The translations under genes and the position numbers were made by a program. Below the pieces are notes generated by a model. It was not told the origin of the DNA. It did not search any database and was given only the letters and a program-made list of their open reading frames with translations. A DNA stretch of 64,000 bases, from positions 1 to 64,000 of the forward strand of contig JALMLS010000489.1 of assembly GCA_038496445.1 (NCBI GenBank). The letters are read 5' to 3'. This DNA comes from Trichosphaerium sp. ATCC 40318 (lineage: Eukaryota > Protista > Tubulinea). Shown here piece after piece: positions 1 through 12,769 of the stretch. Numbering within the stretch: the first letter of the stretch is position 1; the number at the start of each line of letters is the position of its first letter.

Positions 1-288
1 AAAGATGAAGAAGATACACCCATTGTATTGGCTGCAAACAAAATAGATAGAAGAGTAGAAAGACAAGTAACACAAGAAGCTATTGATAATCTTAGTAGCA
101 ATTATGGTATACCTTGCTTGAATACAAGTGCAAAGAATTATGTTAACGTGGATGAGACTTTTCATGAGTTATGTCGATTGGCACGTAAAAAAGTGGATAT
201 GGTAATCCTCAAAAAAAGAAAAAGAGAAGATGCACTATCCTGTGATTTATCGCGAACTTCCAATCCAAAAAGAAAACGCGAAGTGTAA
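1..288 (+). CDS. Ras-family small GTPase, C-terminal part (5' end outside window)
   Basis: KDEEDTPIVLAANKID (G4 NKxD) and TSAK (G5) followed by VDETFHEL. The basic tail has no CaaX box. Confidence 0.85.
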   Translation, partial: KDEEDTPIVLAANKIDRRVERQVTQEAIDNLSSNYGIPCLNTSAKNYVNVDETFHELCRLARKKVDMVILKKRKREDALSCDLSRTSNPKRKREV

Positions 289-652
289 AGCCTCCATTTT
301 TCAAAAAAAAATTTGATTGTGAGCAACCTCGTGCTATTTCTCATTGATCATTTGCAACATTCATAACAAAATTATTGAGAATACCTATAATGCTACTTGC
401 CTAGCATCACAACAGATTGATTCCATGTTCTACAAAACAAATATCTGTACAACTTTTTGCTGTTAAAATTAAGAAAATTCTACGGGAAGTTTGCTTCTTT
501 TTCCCTTACCAAATGTAAAAAAGGGTAAATTTATTCTTAGTAGCACTTGCGTACTACAGATGATACAAAGGGGCACTTTATAAGGAAAAATAAAGGAGTA
601 TAACCGATTTCGGTTTTACGAACTCTAAAACGATTCCTGTGCTCTTGTACTA

Positions 653-1104
653 CTATATCTCTGCGTAGTTGTTTCGTTTCTTGACGTGTAGTACAAATAT
701 AACAACTCCAGCAATAATCACGCCCAAAACGATAACTAGACCAATTGATAGCCCAACGAAGAGCCCGACCTTTGATTTCCCATCTAGTGGAGCAGAACCG
801 CCACAAGTTGGCACTCTATCCACTTTACATTGTTCACCAGGCCAAACAAGAAAGTTTGTGCTATTGCACGCACTGCATTTGTTAAAGTGCTGGCACAGTT
901 TTACAGTGCAAGTACTGTTCGTTGTACATTTATCAAACACGCCGCCAGGACAAAAGCATTGGCAAGTCTAAACGCCTCGTAGTTAACAAATGCGATTGTA
1001 CAAAGTTAAAGACAAAAAGGTACTCCTGTTTGTTCTGCTGCTTTGCACAGACATAATAGAACGCATAGAATTACTACTGATACAGTTAGTGTTTGTAAAG
1101 CCAT
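653..1104 (-). CDS. small Cys-rich single-pass membrane protein (signal peptide, one intron)
   Basis: MALQTLTVSVVILCVLICLCKA signal peptide. A GT..AG intron joins it to TCQCFCPGGVFDKC...; TM VGLFVGLSIGLVIVLGVIIAGVVIFVL is followed by KKR. Confidence 0.65.
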
Positions 1105-1984
1105 TTTAGTGTATTCTGCTACAGCAGTTTGGCGAGGTCAAACGTGAAACAATTTATCACAAAACTGTTTTTGAAAAAAGCGTACCTCTTTGTAGCTCTA
1201 TTTGAGTGTAGGTTAGCTTTGAAACTATTCGTCTGTATTGTTGCCTCCTGTGTATATTGTCAGTGCCGGCTGTGTATAATCTTCAAAACACATATCTTAC
1301 TTTTTACTGGAATGTGAGTTTTTTCGCATTTCTATATTCTCGTTAAAGAAACGCTTGCGCATTTAATAGAGTGCTTACGTTTTCAAAACATAACAATTTT
1401 GTTAGGGGTTACAGCGTTGTGGTTCGTACCGTTGAATACACGCAAAGGTATACCATGCGTAGTAGAACTAATCATATTCATATTTGCTATTCTGTTTTTG
1501 GTTTCTACCTCGTTACTACATTTGTGGTATGCTTTAAATATAGTTTCTTGGACAGTACTCACATGTTCTAATTGGGAATATGCCTCTGAGAGCCACTTCC
1601 TGGCTGGTTTGCACGTCATTTAATACGGTATGGGGTGCTTCTGTATACTAGGTATCATGCGTTCAAGACTTGGAGAAGAAAAGAATGTATCCAATGGACA
1701 AAAGAAACGATGTTTGACTCGTCTAGAAAGCGCAACATAATAACTATAAGCTATAGAGGTATTACACCAGTAATGGGACTGAGTCTGTTGTTAGGTTCAT
1801 TCGATTACAACATGTGCATTGAAAGGTCATGGCCAGCTGGCTGTGTTGTCCAGTAGAGTTGAACAGAGTACTCAGACCCTCGTTGTCCACTATTGAGTTT
1901 ATGGAAGGTTTGTTGACTAACGAGCAAGTACAGTCTCTTTGAGTCAAGTAGTTTACTAAACTCACCGTGTTTAATAACATTAGT

Positions 1985-3997
1985 AAGGGATTCTCTTGAA
2001 GTCAAGTAGTTTACTAAACTCACCAGATTTACTAACGCAGCTAATCAATTTTCGGATACTACAATGCTACAGCGTATGTAACAATGACTTCAGTAATATT
2101 GTAACAAATAACCACGTTTAGGCTCATTTATTGTAGCCTCACGGCCTAGAACCACGTGCAATAGATATCGAAAGGGTTTAGTGGAACTACCACGATTTAA
2201 ATCTAGAACTACGCAAAGAGATTATAATGTATCGCCATTCTATTGCCCATCACATCGCAGCTATGTCCATAACTCACGTGAGATGACTTGCTACTCTCCT
2301 TTGAGATTCTACTCCACTGAGCCTCAAGATAATTTTGTACAAGAAATAGAACAAGTACGGCGGCACTATTGAACCTTTATTCATTTTTGTTTTTGTCACG
2401 TGATTTTTTTTTCTAACAGTTTTTTAAAACGAAGGCGTACTATAAAAACAGCAATAAGGTCTTCCAGCGTAGTTACAAAAACGGAAAAAAGAAAGGACTA
2501 GTAGAAGAGTTTTATGAAAATGGTACTCTCTCCAAAATATTTAATGTTAAAGAAGGGAAAGCAGAAGGAGAGCACAAGCAATGGAATAAAAACGGCATTT
2601 TGACTTCTCATTGCTATTATAAGAACGGTGAGATAGTGGGTGAATGCACACAGTATTATGAAAATGGAGTTAAAGAGTTTCAGTGCTATGTTAAAGATGG
2701 CAAGAAAGAAGGTGAATATAGAAAGTGGCATGACAACGGTAATATAGATGTACAATGGTATTTTAAAGAAGGCAAGGCAGACGGACAAGCCAAAGAGTGG
2801 TATAAAAGCGGTCAATTAAAGGAACTGTTCTATTGCAAAGATGGCAAGCGTGAAGGTGAACATAAAGAGTGGTATGAAACTGGTCAATTAAAGGAACTGT
2901 TCTATTGCAATAGAGACAAAAAAGAAGGAAGAGCCAAAACATGGCATGCAAATGGAAAATTAAAGCGGGACATTAACTTTTTGAATGATGAGTTTGAAGG
3001 AGAAGCGAAAGAATACTATGAGGACGGTCAATTGTGTGTACAATGTCACTACAAAGATGGCAAGAACGAAGGTGAATATAGACAGTGGCATGACAACGGT
3101 AACATAGATGTACAATGGTATTTTAAAGAAGGCAAGAAAGAAGGAGAAGCTAAAGAGTGGTATAAAAGCGGTCAATTAAGGGCAACAGAATTCTACAAGG
3201 ATGGTAAAAACGAAGGTGACTTTACAATGTGGCATGAAAACGGACAATTAAACATCCAAACAACCTATGCCAATTGTAAACAAAATGGTTTACGCAAAGA
3301 GTGGTATGAGAACGGATATATGTCATCCCTTTTGTGTTACAAAAACGACAAGTTGGAAGGTGAAGCCAAAAATTGGCATGAAAACGGGCAGATGAGTGTA
3401 CAATGTCATTTCAAAAATGACATGAAAGAAGGTGAATGCATGGAGTGGTATGAGAATGGACAGCCTGATTTCCAATGTTGTTACAAAGGTGATAAGAAAG
3501 AAGGTGAATATAAAGAGTGGCATAAAAGTGGTAACCTAAGTCAGCAATGCTATTTCAAAGATGATAAAAGAGAAGGTGAAGGCAAAGAGTGGCATGAAAA
3601 TGGTCAATTAAGTGGACATGGATACTTCAAAGAAGGCAAAAGTGAAGGTAAACACAAACAGTGGTATGAAAATGGTAAATTATCTTACACGTGCTCTTTC
3701 ATTGCTGGCGCAAAACAAGGTGAAGTCAAAGAGTGGTATGAAAGTGGTCAATTACAATTTGAATACCATTGCAAAGATGACAAACGTGAAGGTGAATACA
3801 AAGAGTGGTATGAAAGCGGTCAATTAAAAGCGCAATGCTATTTCAAAGATGACAAACGTGAAGGTGAATACAATGAGTGGCATGAAAATGGCCAACTAGG
3901 TCTTCATTGTCATTTCAAAAACGATAAAGAAGAAGGAGTCGAAAAATTATGGACTGCTGATGGTCAACTACGGGCTATATTCTTTGACAAAGGCTAA
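1985..3997. repeat. inverted segmental duplication, partner at ~57666-59750
   Basis: Upstream region, both small exons, both introns and the repeat exon align in reverse complement (e.g. gggattctc..tcaagtagtttactaaactcacca; ctcctttgagattctactccact). Confidence 0.85.
2064..3997 (+). CDS. MORN2/YwqK-type 24-aa repeat protein with N-terminal mitochondrial-presequence-like leader (exons 2064-2073, 2122-2354, 2435-3997)
   Basis: About 20 repeats like EGEYKEWYESGQLKAQCYFKDDKR. Spliced N-terminus reads MLQRSFIVASRPRTTCNRYRKG...RFYST. The same exon structure is found in the paralog at 57666-59666. Confidence 0.85.
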
Positions 3998-4171
3998 TGA
4001 GAATATTTCAAGAAAACAGATTTTGAGTTTACGTTTTTTTCTTGAACCTCACACAATCGAGTCAATACACTTTGTAGTTAAAATATGTGTCAATGTAACT
4101 AAGTAATCATGAAAATGGCGAATAAGTTTGCTCACAGGAAAGTGTTTATTCCTTTTTTTTTTCTGTACATT

Positions 4172-6693
4172 TCAGAGCTCAGAATCTTTAATTCCTTGCT
4201 CAAGTTGATCGTCAGCGTTTGTCTTTCTTACAACTGTTGGTTGACTAGTAACTAACAGCGGTGTATTTTCACTTAAACCACTGTTATTATCACTTGTGCT
4301 GTCATTGTCAGAAGATGAAGGAACAGTCTTCTTTTTGTAGGCTAAAGCAATAGCGACCTAAAACCAATAGTTATTATGTTTTACATGATCTCTAGATGTC
4401 TTACCGATATTACTATACCGCAGAAAATGATAAAGAAGCCAGCTGGCGCAACTTGGTAATTTCCTCTCACTTCTCTCTTAACAGATAAAAGATCTAATAC
4501 CTTAGAAGAGAAATGAGCATGAGCTACATGTAGGGAAAAAGAAAAAGTACTTACATCATCAAATAGAATACCACTGAGCGCAATTACGAATCTATGTATT
4601 TTAGCACGTGATAAAGTTATGAGGTAAATCGTACAATCTGACTGTCTCATTTCTTAAGTGTACCATGAAAAAAACAGCAAATGCTAGAATAAACGCAGAA
4701 GCTGGCAAAATGGTTAGAAATCAAAAGTATGTGTAGATCTACAGTTTGCTTTTTTCTCTTTTGTTTGGCCGTAGACAACAATGTCGTCATATTGTGGCCC
4801 TCAAGTAAGTTGATTTGAAAATATACTTCTAAAAGGAGGTTTACCTGAAACCCAGTCTTGGTTAAGCTGTTCACAAAAGCTACCACACTTGACCCACACC
4901 ATAATAACACCAATAAATAGTACATTTGAAGATATGAACAAATTAAGTATATCTAACATCAGATTCTTCGGTTTATGTAGTTTTGTTGGTACAAAGACGA
5001 GGAATGATAAGCCCTAAGGTTATATCAAGGTTAATGATCATAGGTTAGAGAAGTGAGAAGCAAAAAGACCCTTTTTTTTTAAAATCTCCAAAATGCTGTA
5101 GTCAGTACCGTTGGGATTGTTATCATTATAGTTCCAATGAGCTGTTCTATTTTGTGAATAGACTTCAATCCACCTCGTAATATATCATGAAACTGCGATA
5201 GCTACAAAGAAAATTATAAATGTAATAATTCTCAAACCAGCTTTCAGGTAAATTAATCAAATCACGTGCCGTAAAACTGAGAATGTCCCAATATATTACT
5301 AAAATCTTGGAAAAAGTAAGTGATCAACAATCACGTGATTTTGTTTAGTTTGACATACTAGTAAGATGAGCATTGGGTGGCGTCTACCCCAAAGAGCTAA
5401 TATGCATAGTAGCGGAACAGATAAAGCGTATAAACCATAGTAATCATATTGAACAGTCAAATGAAGGGAATCATCAGAAGCTCCTAACAATAGAAAAACA
5501 GTTCCGACCTACACAGAAGCTATGAGATATCACTAGACTGTTAACAGTCATACCATTGTAACACAAGTGAGACCATAAAGTAATTTAACACGCCATGTTC
5601 CGAATACATGTGAGGACGTTTTAAGCTCAGTAAAGATGACAAGACTAAAGATAACCATACCGAGCTAGAGACATTAAAAAACCCTATTTCTCGCGAACTC
5701 GTACCAAACCAAAGCCACTAAATAGAGTGCCGAGTAGTACAACGTATTGAGAGAAGTAAGACATATGCCATGAGTCCAATACGTCAGCTCTGGTGCCATA
5801 GTAAAGATGCGTAGTAAAGGCATGTGCTGTGAAGAATATAGCAATCATTTGAGACGTTTTGTTGGAGCGTGTCATTACGCCATATAAGCAAAATAACCCA
5901 GCGAGTATACCTTGAAAAGATGGCACAAATATCATGTACCAAGGAGAACTAAACCCTGAAACAAAACATGAGCATGTGACGACAAAATTACGTCTTAGCG
6001 CTCGACTTACGCCAAGGTGCGTATTCTGGATGATGTAGGCCTGCTCTGTTTTCGAGCCACAACCAACGCATACCACAACCAATCTAAGATGCGTTAGTCT
6101 GTTAATATCACGTTTTTATCACGTGCCATTACTAATAAAAAGAGACCAGCAAGTATTAAACTGTACATTCTTTGTAAATCATCTGCTCGTTCATGTATGC
6201 TCTTAACGACTGCATACGACAAGAATAGACCTGCCACTACTAACAATGAACCAAATAAGAAGCCTGGTGGGAATCCTGGGTCGTAGTCGAATGTAAGAAT
6301 GACAAGGGTCCATTTGGCGCTTGCGGCGTAGATCAGAGAGAAGCTCTAGATAGTTTTAATAAAAAAAGAGTTGTTGACATTTTATCGGCGAAAAGAGACA
6401 ACGACGTTGTCACGTGACATACCAATAATAAGACTGCGCTATCTTTTAGTGATTTGGCTACAAAATTGAGGACAACCGCAACGACTATTGACACCAGGCA
6501 GCTTGAGTAAAGAAATTCTGTTGAAGGTGATGTATGAATGGCTATTTCTATCCATGACAGCGGTATGCCAATCTGTTGTTACACTTGAGTTTATGCGAAA
6601 AACAGCCTTTGGTTAACGTACAAATAGAAGCAGTAAGCTTATTGCTAATATAATATTAACCGCGCCTAACTTACAGCCGAATACTTCTGCCAT
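4172..6693 (-). CDS. multi-pass membrane protein of unknown function (many introns)
   Basis: Starts MAEVFGCKLGAVNIILAISLLLLF. Successive hydrophobic exons are bounded by GT..AG. Polar tail ...EQGIKDSEL-stop. Confidence 0.55.
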
Positions 6694-6901
6694 TCCTAAA
6701 ACTAAATAAACGAAGTCAATGACAATCTCTTTCGAATTTGTTTCCCAAATTGCAAGCTAAAACAAAGAAAGTTCCAAGATATGCTCATAGAACCTACATA
6801 TGAGTATTAAAATAGGCTGAGGTGACACGTGATGTACACTTTTTATAACGATTTTAGTACAACACAAATAGACAAATTAGGTTGTTAACAATGTCCTTTA
6901 C

Positions 6902-7540
6902 TTATATACTACGGTCAAGAGGTATTTTCCAACAATTTTGATAGTTTAAACATCGACTGGCCACTTCTCCATCTTTAAAGATGCCATACTCTCTCCAACC
7001 ACTTTCGTGAGCTAATGAGTACTCGCCTTGTCTGACACCATTATCAAAGAAGCAGGTAAAATACACATCACCATCTTCTAGCCACAGCTTGCTCTTCCCA
7101 TGCCTTACTCCATCTTTGAACATAGTTGATTTCGCTTTTTTCCTTCTACCAGTAAACCACACTATTCTCTTTCCGTCTTTTTTACCGTGTTTAAAATACG
7201 CTAAACGCTTCACCCATAATTCTTGCGGTTGTGAATTTGCCTCGCTTTTTTCTATGTCCACTCTGACCTTCTCTGAGGAACAAGAGGATTCTGACTCTCC
7301 TTCATCAGGGTGGTACCGTTGCCAATTTTTGTCCAATCTCGTTGCCTCTGTACAAGAAATTTGCATCACGTTTTCTTTGCGTTGGTGATACCGAAGCCAT
7401 TTGCCATGCTTTCTTAGGCTACTATCAAACCGTGAGTTTATTGCGGTATACTTCGATAGCACAGGCCACAGCTTATAAACAAAGGGCGATTGTTCTATGA
7501 TACAATGATGAATCTCAATTGGAAGACTCAATAGATCCAT
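6902..7540 (-). CDS. F-box-like + MORN2 repeat protein (intronless)
   Basis: MDLLSLPIEIHHCII F-box-like start. Repeats KHGKKDGKRIVWF and KDGVRHGKSKLWLEDG. Confidence 0.7.
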   Translation of the reverse strand: MDLLSLPIEIHHCIIEQSPFVYKLWPVLSKYTAINSRFDSSLRKHGKWLRYHQRKENVMQISCTEATRLDKNWQRYHPDEGESESSCSSEKVRVDIEKSEANSQPQELWVKRLAYFKHGKKDGKRIVWFTGRRKKAKSTMFKDGVRHGKSKLWLEDGDVYFTCFFDNGVRQGEYSLAHESGWREYGIFKDGEVASRCLNYQNCWKIPLDRSI

Positions 7541-8215
7541 ACGTGGAGCTCCTTAAGGTAAACTTTAACTTTTAAGTGCGCATTCATCAAACCGAAAGAA
7601 AAAAACTGTGCAACTGCTTTTTCTGGTTTAATAGTCCCTTTTTTTTGATGTCGTTGTATTGCATGCATGATTGCAGGTATGTCTTGAAAGTTAAGCAAAA
7701 ACAAAAGTGGGACCATTACTTAACATGTTAAGGCAACAGCGACATTCTCGAAGCTTGTTTTTATTTAAAGACTACCGCTAATAACAACTGCGACTGTTAT
7801 AAAAAGGTTCACAGCTTGGAAACAAACATAACATACAGTATAAGGAGTAATACTAGCTAATTTACGCTCAAAATAGGCAAAAAGGTACGGCGAACCCTTA
7901 ACAACCATAATATAACTATTATCCGTTTCAGTCAAGCACCTAGTTATTTCGCAGTTATTTTTCGCTCTGGAAGCACTTTATTTGCTGCAGTATCCATTGG
8001 AGCACTTTTACGAGAAAAATAAATGACAAAATAACTGGACTATTACGTTGACTGAAACGGACAATATTAAAAAACACATTTTGAAAAAAATTACTCACTC
8101 GGGCCCTTTCCGGTAAAAAAGTCCGCCGAGGTTTTGTATTAATCTTAAGTTAGCTTCAAGAATTCCATTGGAATATATCATATTCGCAAATAAGAAGACG
8201 ACAACTTTGTGGATA

Positions 8216-9274
8216 ATGTCCGATTGCAATCTACTCGGCATTCCTGCTGACGTACAAAAGTATATCTGCACTTTCAACAAGGAGACGTTCACAAAATTCC
8301 ATACGCTATCAAAGAGGGCAGCTACAAATACGCACTTTGATGAAAACCTGGACCGTGTTGGAGAATGGCTAAGATGGTACAATAGTGGAAAGGTACAACC
8401 CTATTGCTTAGTATTTATTTAATACATCAACAACTAATCATACTAAAAGGTACAAGTGCGTCAGCATGTACCAAATGGTATTGCCAAGAGATGGTATGAA
8501 ACAGGAGAGCTTCATGCCAAGATTCATTTTATCGATTATAAACGCCATGGTACTGAGACACGTTGGTATCGAAGTGGTCAGATAAAATATTCTGTACCAA
8601 TTATTAATGGTGAACTCAATGGTATTGAGAAATATTGGCAAGAAAGTGGACGACTTTACTGGCAGAGTACTTATGTTGATGGTAAACAAAATGGTGAAAA
8701 AAAAGTGTGGAACATAGATGGAATACTTGTAGCTCAATGTGTATTTGTTGATGATAAACAACATGGTGTTGAACGATCATGGTATGACAATGGACAACTC
8801 AATACTCAGTGTATGTATGTTGATGGTGAACGCAATGGTGAACTCAAAGAGTGGTATGATAATGGACAATTACAAATGCAGTGTATTTATTCCGAAGGTA
8901 AAAAGAATGGTGATTACATGTACTGGCATAGTAATGGACAACCCTCGATAAAATGTAATTATGTTGATGATAAGAAAAACGGTGAGTATAAACAGTGGTT
9001 TATGAATGGTCAAATTGCAGAACAATACACAGTAGTAGACGGTGAGAAGAATGGTGAATACAAAGAGTGGCATGCCAATGGACAACTTGATATTCAGTGT
9101 GTGTATGTTGATGGTAAACGCAATGGTGAACTCAAAGAGTGGTATGAAAATGGACAACTTCTAATGCAAATTATGTATGCTGATGGACAACGCACTGGTG
9201 TAAGCAAACAGTGGGACAGAGATGGTAAAGAAATTTCTAGCAGAGGCAAGGTAATAGGAATGAACCTGTTGTAA
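8216..9274 (+). CDS. F-box-like + MORN2/YwqK repeat protein (intron 8393-8449)
   Basis: MSDCNLLGIPADVQKYIC start. About 11 repeats like NGELKEWYDNGQLQMQCIYSEGKK. The intron restores the frame. Confidence 0.8.
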
Positions 9275-10429
9275 ATGGCATTAAATAATCTTGGCAAGGG
9301 GGTTAGAAAAAAGACAAGAAGTCTTATGTACTTGATTGTAGTAACCAAATAAATATAACAGTTTCTGCTGTAATAATGGCGTTGAATACGCATAGATTGC
9401 ACTTTAAGGTATTCTCACATTTAGTTAGTACAGCGTTAGCAGAATTGATTATGTTGGACCACAATGCGCCTAACTTCCACTATGAGCATAAACAGACTGA
9501 TCCATTAATAATTGTAGGAAACGTAGATGTAAGTTCTTTTTTTTTTCCAATAAAAAATGGATTTATAAATGTCAACTTCAGAACAAGTACTTCTTGTTTA
9601 GACTCTAAAGACATACATACAAAAAAATTACTATAATTCTTTCGGCTTACGTTCGTTAATTTACATCGTTGTTTATTACTTCAGCCTTGCTGAGCATTCT
9701 GACAGTTTTTTTTTGGATGAATATGTAACCATTTCAGGCGTTTGAATTCGTGAGACCGAAGCTCAACATTGAACTCAACAGAAGACGCATTAACACAATT
9801 AAACTATGGCTAATATCAACAACACCCACAAACCCCTAACCAAATTCAATCAAACCTAATGTTAGAGTTCTAACACTCTCAGTTGACTTTCTTCTATCAA
9901 CTAACCAAGGAACACTAACTAAGACAATGTTGGGAGGAAGACAAAATGTCTTGTGGCTCTAGCGCAGCGCCAAGCATTTGTTATATTATACAAGAACACT
10001 TGGAAAATAAAAGAAAGGTTTTACAGTTTTTTAAAACAAATTGAAATGGAAATTTTTGGGTGGGATGTGGGTGATTGCTGCTCACCATGTTGTTTAAACT
10101 TTGTCGGTTGTTGTTGTTGTTGATTTATACAAAGTCAACTCAAGTTTACCCAAACGTCTGTAATGGAGTAAAACACGTGTACCGCCATTACTAAACCACC
10201 AAACCTTGCTGCCAGAGCAAGGTTGTGTCTAGTGATCAGTGTGTAATCATAGGGACACACTCAAGGGATAATAGTCATCAATCAAAGTATTACGGCACCT
10301 CGAGTGCCAAGTGATCGAAAACCATGGTGGTAGAAAACCCTTGAAAACTTCATTTTCTTTCCAAAACTTTTCTTTTCTTTCCTTTTTGCTGTTCACCTCC
10401 TTTTCTGAAAAATTCACATTGTATGTAAT

Positions 10430-11183
10430 TAGAGATGGCAGAAATACCGGTCTGAACCGGTTCCAGACCGAAACGCAAAGACCGGTCCGTAAACGGTCCA
10501 AACGGTCCGCTGTCAAAGGGGGTACCCTTGGAAAATCGGAAAAATAGCCGAAAAGGGAATTTTTGTCAAAGGGTACTCCCTTGGATTTTTATCGGTCCAA
10601 ACGGTCCTCTATCACAAAATCTCAGATGCCTCCATCCATTGACCTACTCACTGTGTGCATGCACATAAGGTGGCTGTACACTTTTTGTGGCAGGTTTGAA
10701 TATCACCACTTTTTTTTTTTCATACCTAAAATAGTTTAGATACTATTATTTCGCGTAAGCAATGCACTTGATAAGTTGCTCTACGCGCACAAAGTGATAA
10801 AAAGATGTTTGGGTGAAAGTGTATGAAAGTATGTAACATCACGTGATTTTGTCCAAATGTCAAAATAACGTCACCACAGGCACATTTTGACTCAAAAAAA
10901 GTAGCGGTTAGGCCAGCGTGACCTTGTTTTACCACGCTAAACTTAATTTTGTTAAAACGGGCTGATTGAGGGCTTTCAACCACTCTATGTGTAGAACTCT
11001 CAATTTTAAGGCGTTTCAGGCTACTTTTATTCAAAATAAAGTGAGTGGTGGTTCAAAAAGAAGCCAATTACATTGTTATTCACTGAATGAATACTGCTCT
11101 TGCTCTAAATCACGGACCGGTTACGGACCGAAAACCGATATATTGAAACCGGACCGGTATCGGACCAGTATTTGCCACCTCTA
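10430..11183. mobile_element. non-autonomous hAT-like DNA transposon (MITE)
   Basis: TIRs TAGAGATGGCAGAAATACCGGTC and GACCAGTATTTGCCACCTCTA. Perfect 8-bp TSD TATGTAAT (10422-10429, 11184-11191). Many subterminal ACCGG/CGGACC repeats. Confidence 0.9.
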
Positions 11184-11387
11184 TATGTAATGTAATTCGC
11201 ACAAGTGCGCTGTAGTGTTTTATGTACAAATATACACGACATCAGTGCGCTATTGATAGCCACTAAGACGTTGTCTTTCCTCCCAAACAACCGCGTATTA
11301 GTTGTCCAGGTGGCGCAACGGTTATTCTAACAGACATTTTTCTTTTTGAAAAACCAACATATTTATTTGTTTAAATGGTATATTGGC

Positions 11388-12548
11388 TAGAGCCAGATTA
11401 TGTAAGCAGTCCACTTTTAAAACAAAATTATTTTGATGTTGAAAATAGTTTTTTATGATTGACACTTGAGTAAATAGTAGCCATACATACTTTAAATAAT
11501 ATGCAGAAAGTATGAAACATTCACCGACAGTGATGTAGCGTACAATGACTCTAAAAAATAGTTTAATTTTGTGCCTTTTTAAGCATTGTTTAGCTAAGTC
11601 ATACTTATTGCACGCATTATCAATTATGTTTTCATCACTTTGAGTAGGTGTCAATGATCGCATTTAGTAGCCTAAAAGCATGTTATTGAAAAGTAAACGC
11701 ACAATAAAGCGCCTCAAATGTGGGAGTTTGTTGAATGATATTTGATGAAACAAAAGGTTTACTATTCTACACTGATATTATATGTGATGTTCTACACCTT
11801 TCTTCAATTGGAAATGAGTATATGGCATAGTGGTGCCACTATGATCAATTGTAAAAATATGCATGCCAATAGCGTTTGCATCAAAAGTACTCACTTACAT
11901 TTTTTTTTCCCCAAAGTTATTGGCCAATCAATTTTACATCTCAACAATTGCCTTCAATATACTCATATGTGTTGCAAGTGATGTATTTTAGCTGGCACGT
12001 TTTTGCGTTTTAAAAATGGATCAGTTTTCTACATCTGGAATTTTTCGTAAAACCAATATTAAAGGCTAGGGCCAAAACGGTCCAAACTGCGAATATGTAG
12101 AAATAGAAGTATATGAGCTGTTTATATAGTTTAGAGAATATCGATGGCATCGCCTGGCATTACACCTTTTTTTTGCCTTTTTGTTTTAAACGGCGTTTTA
12201 TGCTCGTAAACACATATTCTACGCATGGGTAACACTGATAAAGTATTATTCTTTGATTTTAAAGAGCAATTAATTTTTTTAGCCACTAAACGCTGTAAAA
12301 CCCTTATAACTTCGGTTCCTACGTATTTGGAACTATTAAAAGGCTGTGTAATGCGCAGGCATCGTGAAACCGTGTTCAAGGAGTTTATGTTGCTACTTTC
12401 CTTTTAAGGCAAAAAGTTCTTGCTTTACAGTAAGTACTTTTTTCCGCGCTTACAACGTAATTTTATGCTCTCACACTCCACCACCTTGTTTAACAGCACC
12501 TTTTTAAGCCGATAAGCGCATGTGGAATGCTTACGTAATCTGGCTCTA
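11388..12548. mobile_element. non-autonomous TIR element (TAGAG...CTCTA ends)
   Basis: 27-bp TIRs TAGAGCCAGATTATGTAAGCAGTCCAC and GTGGAATGCTTACGTAATCTGGCTCTA (2 mismatches). TSD is unclear (ttggc vs ttagc). No transposase ORF. Confidence 0.7.
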
Positions 12549-12769
12549 TTAGCCGGAGGTCTATGCTACACTATTAGTCTACCCCCCCTACACTCATGGC
12601 AACAAGATATGATCCTATGAACTTACTTTTTTTGTGCTCACTGGCTTTCTTTTAGATACCCGTTATCTATCATGTATTGTGCATATACGAAACTTTATCA
12701 TGGTTTTTTTTTCTTTCTTTTCTGACAATTTTTTTTTCAGGTGGCAGTTCTGTTGACGTCAGTTTTGAG

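Noticed and set aside
1330-1860. Hydrophobic ORF fragments suggesting a membrane protein
   Set aside because: No coherent start, splice and stop model could be built; possibly a gene relic.
2498-3827. Antisense and alternate-frame ORFs over the MORN genes (also 8438-9157 and 57662-59228)
   Set aside because: Shadows of the repetitive coding strand.
2600-3997. Bacterial YwqK toxin-antitoxin locus or contamination
   Set aside because: The genes have spliceosomal introns, lie among eukaryotic genes and have no adjacent toxin.
9300-10100. Coding-like patches on the minus strand
   Set aside because: Stops in all frames and no recognisable motif.
10440-11170. CRISPR-like short repeats (ACCGG/CGGACC)
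   Set aside because: They are irregular subterminal repeats inside a TIR/TSD-bounded transposon, with no repeat-spacer pattern.
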